This document shows positions 36,398-45,413 of a stretch of 57,034 bases of DNA, piece by piece; within the stretch, counting starts at the first letter, position 1, and each line of letters starts with the position of its first letter. The stretch is from Planctomycetota bacterium (GTDB lineage Bacteria; Planctomycetota; Phycisphaerae; WQYP01). Under the pieces are notes generated by a model. The model ran no database searches and was not told where the DNA came from. It was given only the letters and a program-made list of their open reading frames with translations. The translations under genes and the position numbers were made by a program. Location: the NCBI GenBank assembly GCA_021790475.1, contig JAJYDU010000001.1, positions 1 to 57,034 on the forward strand, written 5' to 3'.

Positions 36398-38458
36398 ATG
36401 GTGGAATCGCATTCCTTCAAGCCCGAAGAAATTCGCAACCTCGTACTGCTCGGCCACGCCGCCGTCGGCAAGACCACTCTGGCGGAAGCCATCGCCCTTC
36501 GCTGCGGAGTCATTACGCGCATGGGATCCGTCCAGGAGGCCAACACTATTTCCGATTTTGAGCCGGAAGCCCGTTTACATAAACACTCCACAAATTCAGT
36601 TCTGCTCTTCGCCCATCATCAGGGGTGTCAAATGAATCTGATCGATACGCCCGGCTACCCTGATTTTGTCGGCCAGGCGCTGGCGGCGCTGCCGGCGGTG
36701 GAGACCGCCCTGATCGTCGTCAACGCCCAGCAGGGAATCGAATTCAACACGCGGCGGCTCTACCACGCCGCCGGCGAAATGGGCCTGGCGCGGATGATCG
36801 TCATCAACAAGATCGACCAGCCCGGCGACCTGCCCGGGCTGGTGGAGCAACTCAAAGGCAGCTTCGGGCCGGAATTGCACTGTATCAACCTGCCCTGCCG
36901 CAACGCCACCGACATTATCGACTGTTTCGATCATGAGGCGGGCGAGGCGGACTTCGGCGACGTGCGCGAAATTCATCGCGAAATGGTCGAATCCGTCGTG
37001 GAAGTCGATGACCGGGAAATGGAGAAATATCTTTCCGGGGAAAAAATCGATCTGGAGGAACTGCGCCGCTATTTCATACGGGCCATGAACGCCGGGCACG
37101 TGGTACCCATTCTCTTTACTTCCGCCCGGACCCAGGCGGGCGTGGACGACCTCCTGCACATTCTCGCCGCCGACATTCCCTCGCCCGCGACGGGACGCCC
37201 CAAACGGTTTTACAGGGGGCGGGTCGCGAATACCGGTGAAAGCCGGCCGGTGGTGGAATTCGCCGCCGACACCGAGGCGCCCCTGCTGGCGCACGTGTTC
37301 AAGACGACCAGTGATCCCTATGTGGGCAAATTGTGCATGTTGCGCATCGTGCGAGGGAAACTCGATCCCACCACGGCTTTTGTCTACGGCGCCGAGAAGA
37401 AGTCGCATCGGGCCGGCCACATTCTGAAGGTTCAAGGCCGCGAGCACCCGGAAACTCCGGTGGCGTACGCCGGCGACATTGTGGCCGTGGCCAAACTCGA
37501 AGACCTGCGGGTCGACCAGATCATTCACGCTCCCGCGGTGGACGACGATTTACACCCGCTTCCGCCGCGCTACCCCACGCCCATGTTTTCGATGGCGGTG
37601 GTGCCCAAGTCGCGCGGCGACGAAGTGAAAATTTCATCCGCGCTGCACAAGCTGACCGAGGAAGACCCCACGTTTTGCGTATCGCACGATCCGCAGACGC
37701 ACGAGCTGATTATCCATGGCCTGGGCGATCTGCACCTGCGGGTCATGCTGGAGAAAATGAAAAGCCGCTTCAACCTGGAGGTGGTGGCGCGGCCGCCGCG
37801 TATCGCCTACCGCGAAACGATCACCGCGCGGGCGGAAGGGCATTACCGCCACAAAAAGCAGACCGGCGGCGCCGGCCAGTTCGGCGAGGTATTTCTGCGG
37901 ATCGAACCGCTCGAACGCGGGCAGGGGTTTGAATTTGTCAACGAGGTTTTCGGCGGCGCGATCCCCTCCCAGTACATCAGCTCGGTGGAGAAAGGCATTC
38001 ACGACGCCATTGAGCAGGGGCCGATCGGCGGCTACCCCGTGCAGGATATACGGGTGATTATCACCGACGGCAAGAGCCATCCCGTTGATTCCAAGGACAT
38101 CGCATTCCGCATCGCCGGCAAATACGCCTTCCGTGACGCCATGATGAAGGCCCGGCCGATATTGCTCGAACCCATCGTTTCGCTGGAGGTGGCGGTTCCC
38201 GAGGCGCACCTGGGCGCCGTGACCAGCGATCTAAACGGAAAACGCGGGCGCATCACCGGCGCCGACCTGCTGCCCGGCGCGGCGGCGGCGGTGCGGGCCA
38301 CCGCGCCGCTTTCCGAACTGACCCAGTACGACAGCCAATTGCGCAGCGCCACCGGCGGCCAGGGCAGCTTTGTGATGGAATTCGCCTACTACGACATGGT
38401 TCCCGCGGTGCTGCAGGCGAAAATTGCCGCGCAATACAAGCCCCCGGTGGAAGAGTAG
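36398..38458 (+). CDS. elongation factor G family GTPase (EF-G paralog)
   Basis: 686 aa. Full five-domain EF-G layout with non-canonical G motifs GHAAVGKTTL, DTPGYPDF, NKID. RBS AGGAG. Confidence 0.85.
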   Translation: MVESHSFKPEEIRNLVLLGHAAVGKTTLAEAIALRCGVITRMGSVQEANTISDFEPEARLHKHSTNSVLLFAHHQGCQMNLIDTPGYPDFVGQALAALPAVETALIVVNAQQGIEFNTRRLYHAAGEMGLARMIVINKIDQPGDLPGLVEQLKGSFGPELHCINLPCRNATDIIDCFDHEAGEADFGDVREIHREMVESVVEVDDREMEKYLSGEKIDLEELRRYFIRAMNAGHVVPILFTSARTQAGVDDLLHILAADIPSPATGRPKRFYRGRVANTGESRPVVEFAADTEAPLLAHVFKTTSDPYVGKLCMLRIVRGKLDPTTAFVYGAEKKSHRAGHILKVQGREHPETPVAYAGDIVAVAKLEDLRVDQIIHAPAVDDDLHPLPPRYPTPMFSMAVVPKSRGDEVKISSALHKLTEEDPTFCVSHDPQTHELIIHGLGDLHLRVMLEKMKSRFNLEVVARPPRIAYRETITARAEGHYRHKKQTGGAGQFGEVFLRIEPLERGQGFEFVNEVFGGAIPSQYISSVEKGIHDAIEQGPIGGYPVQDIRVIITDGKSHPVDSKDIAFRIAGKYAFRDAMMKARPILLEPIVSLEVAVPEAHLGAVTSDLNGKRGRITGADLLPGAAAAVRATAPLSELTQYDSQLRSATGGQGSFVMEFAYYDMVPAVLQAKIAAQYKPPVEE

Positions 38459-38468
38459 CGGTTCGCGC

Positions 38469-39878
38469 TTAGCGCAGCTTTTCCACGCGGGCAATCAGTT
38501 CGCGGGCGGCCGGCTCATCCGCGGCTTCCGCAATCACGCGGGCGATCGGTTCGGTATTGCTGGGGCGAACGTGCACCCAGCCGTCGGGCCAGTCGATGCG
38601 CACGCCGTCCTGGATATCCGGGTTCTGATCGGCGAATTCCGTTTTGACTTTTTCCACCAGCGCCGCGGCCTGGTCGCGCGTGGCGGCGAATTTCGTTTTT
38701 ATCATCGCGTACGCGGGAAGCTCGCCGACCAGTTGGCTGATGGTTTTTTGCGTGCGGGTCATCAATTCCAGGATCATAGCCATGGCGATGAGCGAATCAC
38801 GCACCGGTCCGATCCGCGGATCGATCACGCCGCCGTTGCCCTCGCCGCCGAGGATCGCGCCGGTTTGGAGCATTTTACCCGCGACGTTGGCTTCCCCGAC
38901 CGGCGTGCGCGCCACGGAGCAACCGAAACGGGCGGCGATGTCATCGATCATCCGGCTGGTGGAGAGATTGCACACCACAACGCCGGATTGGCCCGTCCCG
39001 CCGGCTCTCGGCGGGTGAAGCTGCGACAGGCGGTTGAACGCCGCCAGGGCCAATGTGTATTCTTCGCCGATGTAGCGGCCCGTTTCATCAACCACGGCCA
39101 GGCGGTCGGCGTCCGGATCCTGGGCGAAACCGACGGCGGCTTTTTTTCGCTCCACCACGGCGCCAAGAGAGGCCAGGTTCTCCCGCGTCGGCTCGGGCGC
39201 GTGGGCGAATTGGCCCGTCGCTTCGCTGTTAATATGCACGAGTTCCACGCCCAGCTTGCCCAGCAGCATGGGAGAGGCGATGCACCCGGCGCCGTTGATG
39301 CTGTCCAATACGACGCGGTGGCGTTGCGCCGCGATCGGCCGGGCGTCCACATGTTGGAGCACGCATTGCACATGATGGGCGTGCGCGCGGCTTTCGGAGC
39401 GGAGCGTTCCGATTCGCCCCGCCTGGGCCGGCCGCCAATCGCCGGCGGCGTAAATGCTTTTGAGCCGCTCGATGGCGGCGGCGGGAAAGGCGATGCCGTC
39501 GTGCCGGAGGAATTTCAGGCCGTTGTATTCGGACGGGTTGTGCGACGCGGTGACAACGATGGCTCCATCCGCGGTGAGAAATCGCCCCATCAAGGCGATG
39601 CTGGGGGTGGCGGCGACGCCCAGGTCGCTCACTTCCACGCCCATCCCCAGCAGTCCCGCCGTCAGCGCGGATTGAATCATCGGGCCGGAGAGACGCGAAT
39701 CGCGGCCCACCGCCACACGCCTGGGCCTTTGTGTCCCGTCGCCCCCCAGTTCGCTGAGCATTTTTCCAAATGAGCGGCCGAAGCGCAGCGCCACTTCCGG
39801 CGTAAGCGCCTCGCCGACGATTCCGCGCACGCCGGAAACGCTCACGATCAGTTGGGTGTTATCTTTAGTGTTATTCAT
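38469..39878 (-). CDS. alpha-D-phosphohexomutase (phosphoglucosamine mutase / phosphomannomutase family)
   Basis: SVSGVRGIVG, active-site TASHNPSEYNGLKF, metal loop GFAQDPDADRLAVVD, GEGNGG. Confidence 0.85.
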   Translation of the reverse strand: MNNTKDNTQLIVSVSGVRGIVGEALTPEVALRFGRSFGKMLSELGGDGTQRPRRVAVGRDSRLSGPMIQSALTAGLLGMGVEVSDLGVAATPSIALMGRFLTADGAIVVTASHNPSEYNGLKFLRHDGIAFPAAAIERLKSIYAAGDWRPAQAGRIGTLRSESRAHAHHVQCVLQHVDARPIAAQRHRVVLDSINGAGCIASPMLLGKLGVELVHINSEATGQFAHAPEPTRENLASLGAVVERKKAAVGFAQDPDADRLAVVDETGRYIGEEYTLALAAFNRLSQLHPPRAGGTGQSGVVVCNLSTSRMIDDIAARFGCSVARTPVGEANVAGKMLQTGAILGGEGNGGVIDPRIGPVRDSLIAMAMILELMTRTQKTISQLVGELPAYAMIKTKFAATRDQAAALVEKVKTEFADQNPDIQDGVRIDWPDGWVHVRPSNTEPIARVIAEAADEPAARELIARVEKLR

Positions 39879-39938
39879 GGCCGATGCAGGATACCCGCGA
39901 GTCGTTGGGGCGCAAAGAGCCGCAACAGCAGCGCCGCA

Positions 39939-40688
39939 TCAGTACGTTTGATAAGCCGAATTATCAGGAGAAAGAAAGCCGGTGCCGGGTCCCACGTAAG
40001 CCGGGTAGGGCGCGGTTTGCGTGTAGCAGTGTTTTTGCGTGGCGGCGTGACCGTCGCAATAGACCACGTTGGTGGCGCCAAGATGGCGAAAGGCCTGGGT
40101 GCCGGCGGCGCGTTCGGGGGGAAAGACGGCATCGCCGTTGGGCGGAATGGGATTGAGTAAATCCGGCGCCCGCATCCAATAATTAATTCCACCGTAATAG
40201 CCGCCGTCGCCAAATAAGGCGCATCGGGCGGGGTCTTGAACCTGCCCGGTCGTCGCCGGCGCCGGGTGGTACTCCAATGCTCCATGACCGATGTAACTGG
40301 TGTTGTAATTGTAACCCAGCACGATCTGGCCGGGGGCGGGGGTTTCATTTACGGCGGGGCAGACCAGGACCCGCAAATTGGTCTGCCCCATCCAGAGGAT
40401 TCCCGGCTGGTCGGTCCATATATTTGTTTGGACGTTGCGAACCATATCGATCGCCCATGACGGATTGCCGACACCGTAATAGGCGGGCGGATAGGAACCT
40501 TCGTAGGACGCGGTATAGTTTGCCGCGGCCAAGCCGAGCTGGCGGAGATTGCTCAGGCAGAGAACCGTTTGGGACTCCTGCCGGGCAATGTTCAGCGCCG
40601 GCAGCAACAGGGCGATCAGCACGGCAATGGCCGCGAGCACCGCCAGCAATTCAACCAGGGTAAAAGCTTGTGCGGGTCGATGCTTCAA
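39939..40688 (-). CDS. DUF1559 / H-X9-DG protein with prepilin-type N-terminal methylation motif
   Basis: AFTLVELLAVLAAIAVLIALLLPAL. C-terminal H-X9-DG (HLGATNVVYCDG). Confidence 0.9.
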   Translation of the reverse strand: MKHRPAQAFTLVELLAVLAAIAVLIALLLPALNIARQESQTVLCLSNLRQLGLAAANYTASYEGSYPPAYYGVGNPSWAIDMVRNVQTNIWTDQPGILWMGQTNLRVLVCPAVNETPAPGQIVLGYNYNTSYIGHGALEYHPAPATTGQVQDPARCALFGDGGYYGGINYWMRAPDLLNPIPPNGDAVFPPERAAGTQAFRHLGATNVVYCDGHAATQKHCYTQTAPYPAYVGPGTGFLSPDNSAYQTY

Positions 40689-41746
40689 TGTTCACTCCGC
40701 CGTAACGCCGGGCGGAAACGCCGCCGTACCAGCAGCGCCAGTCCGCCCACGGCCAGCAGGCTCAAACTCGCCGGCTCGGGAACGACGCCGACCACCGCCT
40801 GGACGTACATTGGATAGGACGCCCCGGATGGAACGACAAACGCAATTTGTGTTATGCCGTTCAAGTCAGTGTTGGAGAGATTAAACCAATCTCCGCCGGC
40901 GGACCCGGCAAGTGTTGTCATCACCTGACTGTAATCTTCACCGTTAAAAGAATTCAGAGTGCCGGTGAAATCTCTGGACGGATCCGCCAAGGGTGTATCA
41001 GAGGGCGGAGTTACCGTATTGTTTCCACCATCAGGAGCGACACTGGTGCTGGCGTAATAGGCGGATGGATCGTTGAAGGTTATTTCCTGCGCGCCGGAAG
41101 GTATTCTCTGGAAGGTAGGGAGAGTGCTCGATGGAGTAGTCCATTGCGTATTTATGACCGTCGATCCCGTGGAATTCAATGTTTCGCCCGCATACCAAGC
41201 CCAACTAGAGCCATTCCCAACAGCCAAGTAAGAAATCCTGGTATTAAAAGTTGTGGCGGGGTTTCTAGCAAGTCCGCTGCCGCTGTAACCATTGCTTAAG
41301 GTGGCGGTGGTGGAATTATCGGTGATCCCAACACCCGTGTGAATTCCAAGCGTAAAACCGCCGTTGACGGTGGGACTGGTCGAAGCGGCGAACGAGTTGG
41401 GAAATTGCAGTACGAATGTCGCACCAGGACTCACTGTTGCCAGAACCACTGGACCAGGAACGGATGCAGCAGCAGCATCCGTTACCCATGCCGGTTCGAA
41501 TGGTGTGAGATAGTAATGCCCGCTACCGGTCTGACCAGGATTGGTGGGGCCGTAGAATGAAGATCCGGCATTACTGCCCAGCTTGCCTGTCCAGTTAGCG
41601 GCGGCATAACCACCGAGACTGCTATCGGTACTGACAATTTGGCTGGCGTATGCATAAACATTCGCATGTGCCACCGGAACTTGGCCGCAGTAAATACCGG
41701 TGGAAAGCAACAGGACGGGAACACCAATTGTGGAAAACCGTTTCAT
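40685..41746 (-). CDS. PEP-CTERM sorting-domain secreted protein
   Basis: Start ATG 41746 after AAGGAG. Signal peptide MKRFSTIGVPVLLLSTGIYCGQVPVAHA. C-terminus VPEPASLSLLAVGGLALLVRRR. 4-nt overlap with the downstream gene. Confidence 0.85.
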   Translation of the reverse strand: MKRFSTIGVPVLLLSTGIYCGQVPVAHANVYAYASQIVSTDSSLGGYAAANWTGKLGSNAGSSFYGPTNPGQTGSGHYYLTPFEPAWVTDAAAASVPGPVVLATVSPGATFVLQFPNSFAASTSPTVNGGFTLGIHTGVGITDNSTTATLSNGYSGSGLARNPATTFNTRISYLAVGNGSSWAWYAGETLNSTGSTVINTQWTTPSSTLPTFQRIPSGAQEITFNDPSAYYASTSVAPDGGNNTVTPPSDTPLADPSRDFTGTLNSFNGEDYSQVMTTLAGSAGGDWFNLSNTDLNGITQIAFVVPSGASYPMYVQAVVGVVPEPASLSLLAVGGLALLVRRRFRPALRRSEH

Positions 41747-42526
41747 AATAAACTCTCCTTGCCGGCAAATCCATCCGAGTTCCACCGCCGGCGGCGGAAT
41801 CAGAGTCCGGAAAGTCGCGGAGGCGACAATTTCCGGACAGATCAACATACGTTTGTCTGGATCCATGGTTGCGGGCAGGTTTTTTTCGGGCGGCTCCCGG
41901 TGCGACGGCATCCCGCGGCGAGCATGGCCGTCGCTGGAGCCAAGCCATGATCGGAGTCGGTGGAAATGCACCGGCTCAGAAGAACACGCCCTAAAGTTAA
42001 ACCGCTGAAAACATCACGATGCCCGGTGTCCCAAATCGCGAGGACCAGCAAACATTGACAGGCAGGTCTTCTGGCTTAAGGGCTATGGATCGGCGCGGCC
42101 TTCCCAAACTTCTGTTTCCTGATCCGCGGGAGCGGATCAACCAGCGGGCGCTGGTGAAACTATATTCAGTGGCCGACGCCCAAGCTGCCCCTTACAGCGG
42201 CGCGTCCGCGGCGGAATCCAACCGCCTTCCCTTTTCATCCGTCAACGCAACGGACACCTGTCGCCGATCACAATACCACGACCGGAAGAAAATGCAAGGG
42301 TAAACGTAACCTTTCACGGCGTTGTGCGTAAAACGGCCATGGGTTTCCACCCATGGCCGCGGAATATCCGGGCGACGGTGACCTTGCCCGCAGCCGCGTG
42401 GTGGCAACCCGCAGCCGTGGTCTCGGGTGTGGCAAACCCCTGTGCGTGAACGGTTACTCGGATGATTGCCGGTCAAATGGCACGCCCACAAATGCAAGGG
42501 TCCCATGCCAGCCCTGACATTTTGCG

Positions 42527-42634
42527 GTGACAGAGCACTACCGGCTTTACACCCCTGAACCGGCCAGTCTGACCTTGCTGGCGGCTGGCGGATTGGGATT
42601 GTTGCTCAAGCGTAAGCGAAGGCGTTTCGCCTGA
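42527..42634 (+). pseudogene. orphan PEP-CTERM tail (gene remnant)
   Basis: Encodes ...YTPEPASLTLLAAGGLGLLLKRKRRRFA*, but an in-frame TGA lies 9 nt (3 codons) upstream of the GTG and there is no signal peptide or body. Confidence 0.5.
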
Positions 42635-42656
42635 GTGATTCAATGTCAATAAATTC

Positions 42657-42707
42657 ATAGCCTCATGCCCGGCCCGCGTTGTTCCCGCGGGCCGGGCATG
42701 AGGCTAT
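42657..42707. terminator. perfect 22-bp-stem hairpin (possible bidirectional terminator)
   Basis: ATAGCCTCATGCCCGGCCCGCG (42657-42678), loop TTGTTCC, CGCGGGCCGGGCATGAGGCTAT (42686-42707). No clear U-tract on the + strand; short TTTATT on the - strand. Confidence 0.5.
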
Positions 42708-43076
42708 CGGCCTAAAGGAAAGCAACATGACTCCAGCCGCACGGTTCGGACTGAATCGCAACCGGCCCATGGCCCGGCGGATGATTTCTCTGCCGCTGGC
42801 GACAGTCGCGCCTTTTCTGGGATGGTTGCTATGGATGATGATCCAATGCAATTGGTGGCCGGACATTCGCCGGTATCGCGCTTGCATCGACCAATATCCA
42901 CTCTGACCCGGCGGGGCGTTACTCTCCCGCTCCGCCGGGTTTTGGGAAACAGCGCGGATATTTCACCGCCGGACGCGGTTCCCAAAATGCTCCTGGCGCT
43001 CTTGGCGTCTTGGCGGTTAATTCTGTGTGAACACTTACGGGTAAACTGACCGCTTCCCAACCGGCCAAACCCCAAG

Positions 43077-43940
43077 TTATGGCACAGGCGCGCCGGCGGC
43101 TCGATGGCCATGCCGTTCGTGGATCTGGCGGATCGCGGAAGGCGCCCGGCCATACATTCGGCGGAACTGCTTGTTAAAGTGGCGTGGGTCCGGCAGGCCC
43201 ACTTGCCGGGCAATATGGGCTATCGCCATATCGGTATTCGACAACAGGTGGCGTGCGTATTCAAGTCGTTGCGTGAGCAGGTAACGCGGCATGGTCATAC
43301 CGAACCGCCGGCGAAATAAACGCGCCAGATAATTCTGCGAAACGCCCAGGCGATCCGCCAGATCCGGGATGGTCAACGGTTCATTGAAATGTCCCGCAAT
43401 CCACGTCGCCGCCCGCTGCACCGCGGACCGCCCGTGGCGGCCGCCCTGGTAGCGCGCCGCCGGGGAGAGAAGCGCCTCGGCCAACCACAACATAAAATCC
43501 TGAAACGTGAACGCGAGGGAAGCCTGCGCCAGCCGGCCCTGGGGCGTGTGCGGGTCGACGCGCGACCATAATTCAGCGAGCCGTTCCATCCTTTGTCCGC
43601 CATGTGCTTGTCGCGGTCCGAGTGAAAGGCGCCGTGGAAAATAGAGCAGGTTCGTTCGCCGCCGCGCAGGCCGGAAATGCACGCACCAGTGCCAGCCCGG
43701 CTGGGGCAGGTCATAACTGCTGGGCCGGAAAGCGGGACTGAACGTAATGTCGCCGGGGGCGAGTTCGTAAACAACCCCATCTATATTCACGCGCCCATAA
43801 TAATTGTGCAGATGAACGGCATGGGTGGGGGAAAAATACTTATAGGCGAACCCCCGGGCATCCAGGGGGGCGCGCCCGGCAATGGTCACTTCCGGTATCC
43901 ACCTGGCCGGCCAGGCGAAACCCGGGGCGGAAATTGCCAT
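43077..43940 (-). CDS. AraC-family transcriptional regulator
   Basis: Cupin-like N-terminus and a C-terminal double HTH (LTIPDLADRLGVSQNYLARLFRRRFG, IAHIARQVGLPDPRHFNKQFRRMYG). Confidence 0.9.
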   Translation of the reverse strand: MAISAPGFAWPARWIPEVTIAGRAPLDARGFAYKYFSPTHAVHLHNYYGRVNIDGVVYELAPGDITFSPAFRPSSYDLPQPGWHWCVHFRPARRRTNLLYFPRRLSLGPRQAHGGQRMERLAELWSRVDPHTPQGRLAQASLAFTFQDFMLWLAEALLSPAARYQGGRHGRSAVQRAATWIAGHFNEPLTIPDLADRLGVSQNYLARLFRRRFGMTMPRYLLTQRLEYARHLLSNTDMAIAHIARQVGLPDPRHFNKQFRRMYGRAPSAIRQIHERHGHRAAGAPVP

Positions 43941-44231
43941 ATTTTTCTCCGATCTTCACCCGCCGCGGCACGTCTTGCCGCCGTGCGAACCCTGGGCTTG
44001 GGCAATGACCGGGGCGCGGACGCGCGCCGCCACAGGGAAATCGCAGACGGCATCCGGACATTTCACGCCCGGCGGATCTCCGCGGCAATCCGGCGCGATT
44101 GTGTTGAATTTTTACCACGTCTTGTTGAAAGGTTCAAATTGACGAGTGTTTGCATGACCGGCTAACGTAAGGGGTGTGGCGGGGCGTTCCCGGCATGAAT
44201 GAAGTCCGCAGTTATTAGTCAAGGAGAAAAC

Positions 44232-45053
44232 ATGAGTTCCGGTTCCCCTCTTGACGCTTCCCCCGGTTTAACGCGGGAACAACAGGCTTTCTATCAGAAC
44301 AATGGTTACGTGCTGTGCAAGGGCCTGCTGACCCGTCAGGAAGCCGCGGCTCTGCGCCGGGAAGCGCATGAACTGGCGCAACGGCTCGCCCGGTTTCGCA
44401 ATATCGAGGTCGTCTGGACGACGGTCCGGCAGACCAATACCGTCGTTCAGAATTGTCATGATGTACAATTTTATTCGGCGATATTCACGCGTCTGCTCGT
44501 CGATCCTCGTCTTACCGCCGCGGCCCGGTCGATCCTGGGGCCAAACGTGCAGCTCCATCACACCAAAATGTTCATCAAACCGCCCGAAAAGGGGGCGCCC
44601 TTCCCCATGCACCAGGACTATCCCTACTTTCCGCATCAGAATGATTCCATGATCGCCGCCATTATCCATTTTGATGATGCGCCGCTGGAAAAGGGCTGCG
44701 TTCGCGTCATTCCCGGCAGTCACAAACTCGGACCGCTCCCCGCGACGGCGGCGGACCATTCCCTTCCGCACGATAAATACCCCATCGAGAAAGCCACGCC
44801 TTGTCCGGCGGAAGCGGGAGATGTGTTGTTCTTCAGCTATTTGACGATTCATGGCTCAGGCATGAACACCAGCGGCGAGGCACGTACGACTCTGCTGGTT
44901 CAGATGCGCGACCCGCTGGATCCGCCCCTGTCGCACGCGCACGAGTCGCGGGGGCAGGGCATGATGCTGGCGGGAGTTGATCCATCGTGCTGTACCACAA
45001 AGGTGATCGAGAAACCAGTGGACCAAGCCACCGTTGCGAACCAACCCCGGTGA
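44232..45053 (+). CDS. phytanoyl-CoA dioxygenase (PhyH) family Fe(II)/2-oxoglutarate oxygenase
   Basis: ATG 44232 after AAGGAG. FYQNNGYVLCKGLL, facial-triad-like HQDYPYF, later IHGSGMN. Confidence 0.8.
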   Translation: MSSGSPLDASPGLTREQQAFYQNNGYVLCKGLLTRQEAAALRREAHELAQRLARFRNIEVVWTTVRQTNTVVQNCHDVQFYSAIFTRLLVDPRLTAAARSILGPNVQLHHTKMFIKPPEKGAPFPMHQDYPYFPHQNDSMIAAIIHFDDAPLEKGCVRVIPGSHKLGPLPATAADHSLPHDKYPIEKATPCPAEAGDVLFFSYLTIHGSGMNTSGEARTTLLVQMRDPLDPPLSHAHESRGQGMMLAGVDPSCCTTKVIEKPVDQATVANQPR

Positions 45054-45177
45054 ACAATTTCCGTGGAAGAAGGCCGGTTCCAGCGAATGATTGCCCGTTC
45101 CAGCCGGCCGGATAACCGTCGATGGACCGATCCCGATGGCCAGCGGGCGATCGCCAACCGCGGGATTGCCACACATG

Positions 45178-45351
45178 GGTGTGCCAATTTTTTTGGCAAC
45201 AGGGCAGCAACGGGGGGTAACGGGATGAGACGATAAGCCTATTGGTGAAGAAAAAATCATATCGCCGGCCAGCGGGGCTCAGGACAGCCGCGCTCCCGGA
45301 AAAATCGCCGGTCCCATGGAAATCAGCCTTGCCAAAAAGTAATGGCACGCC
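45178..45351 (+). repeat. degenerate ~174-bp relative of the MITE-like element
   Basis: Left GGTGTGCCAATTTTTTTGGCAA, right TTGCCAAAAAGTAATGGCACGCC. Immediately preceded by another right-end-like ATTGCCACAC (45164-45173). Confidence 0.45.
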
Positions 45352-45413
45352 CCCGCGCACCCCCCACCGGAACCATTTACCAGAATCGTTGGAAAAAGCG
45401 TAAAATTAAGGGC

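Noticed and set aside
38424-39773. 449-aa + strand ORF opposite the phosphohexomutase gene
   Set aside because: Same artefact. The opposite strand carries complete TASHNP / DPDADR phosphohexomutase motifs.
41480-41500. GGTTCGAAT, a tRNA T-loop-like string
   Set aside because: It lies inside the PEP-CTERM coding region, with no acceptor or anticodon stems around it. No tRNA was found anywhere in the window.
42727-42906. 59-aa ORF with RBS AAAGGA and one hydrophobic helix (LPLATVAPFLGWLLWMMI)
   Set aside because: It is plausible as a small membrane protein, but there is no conservation evidence available. It is mentioned in a finding rather than called as a feature.
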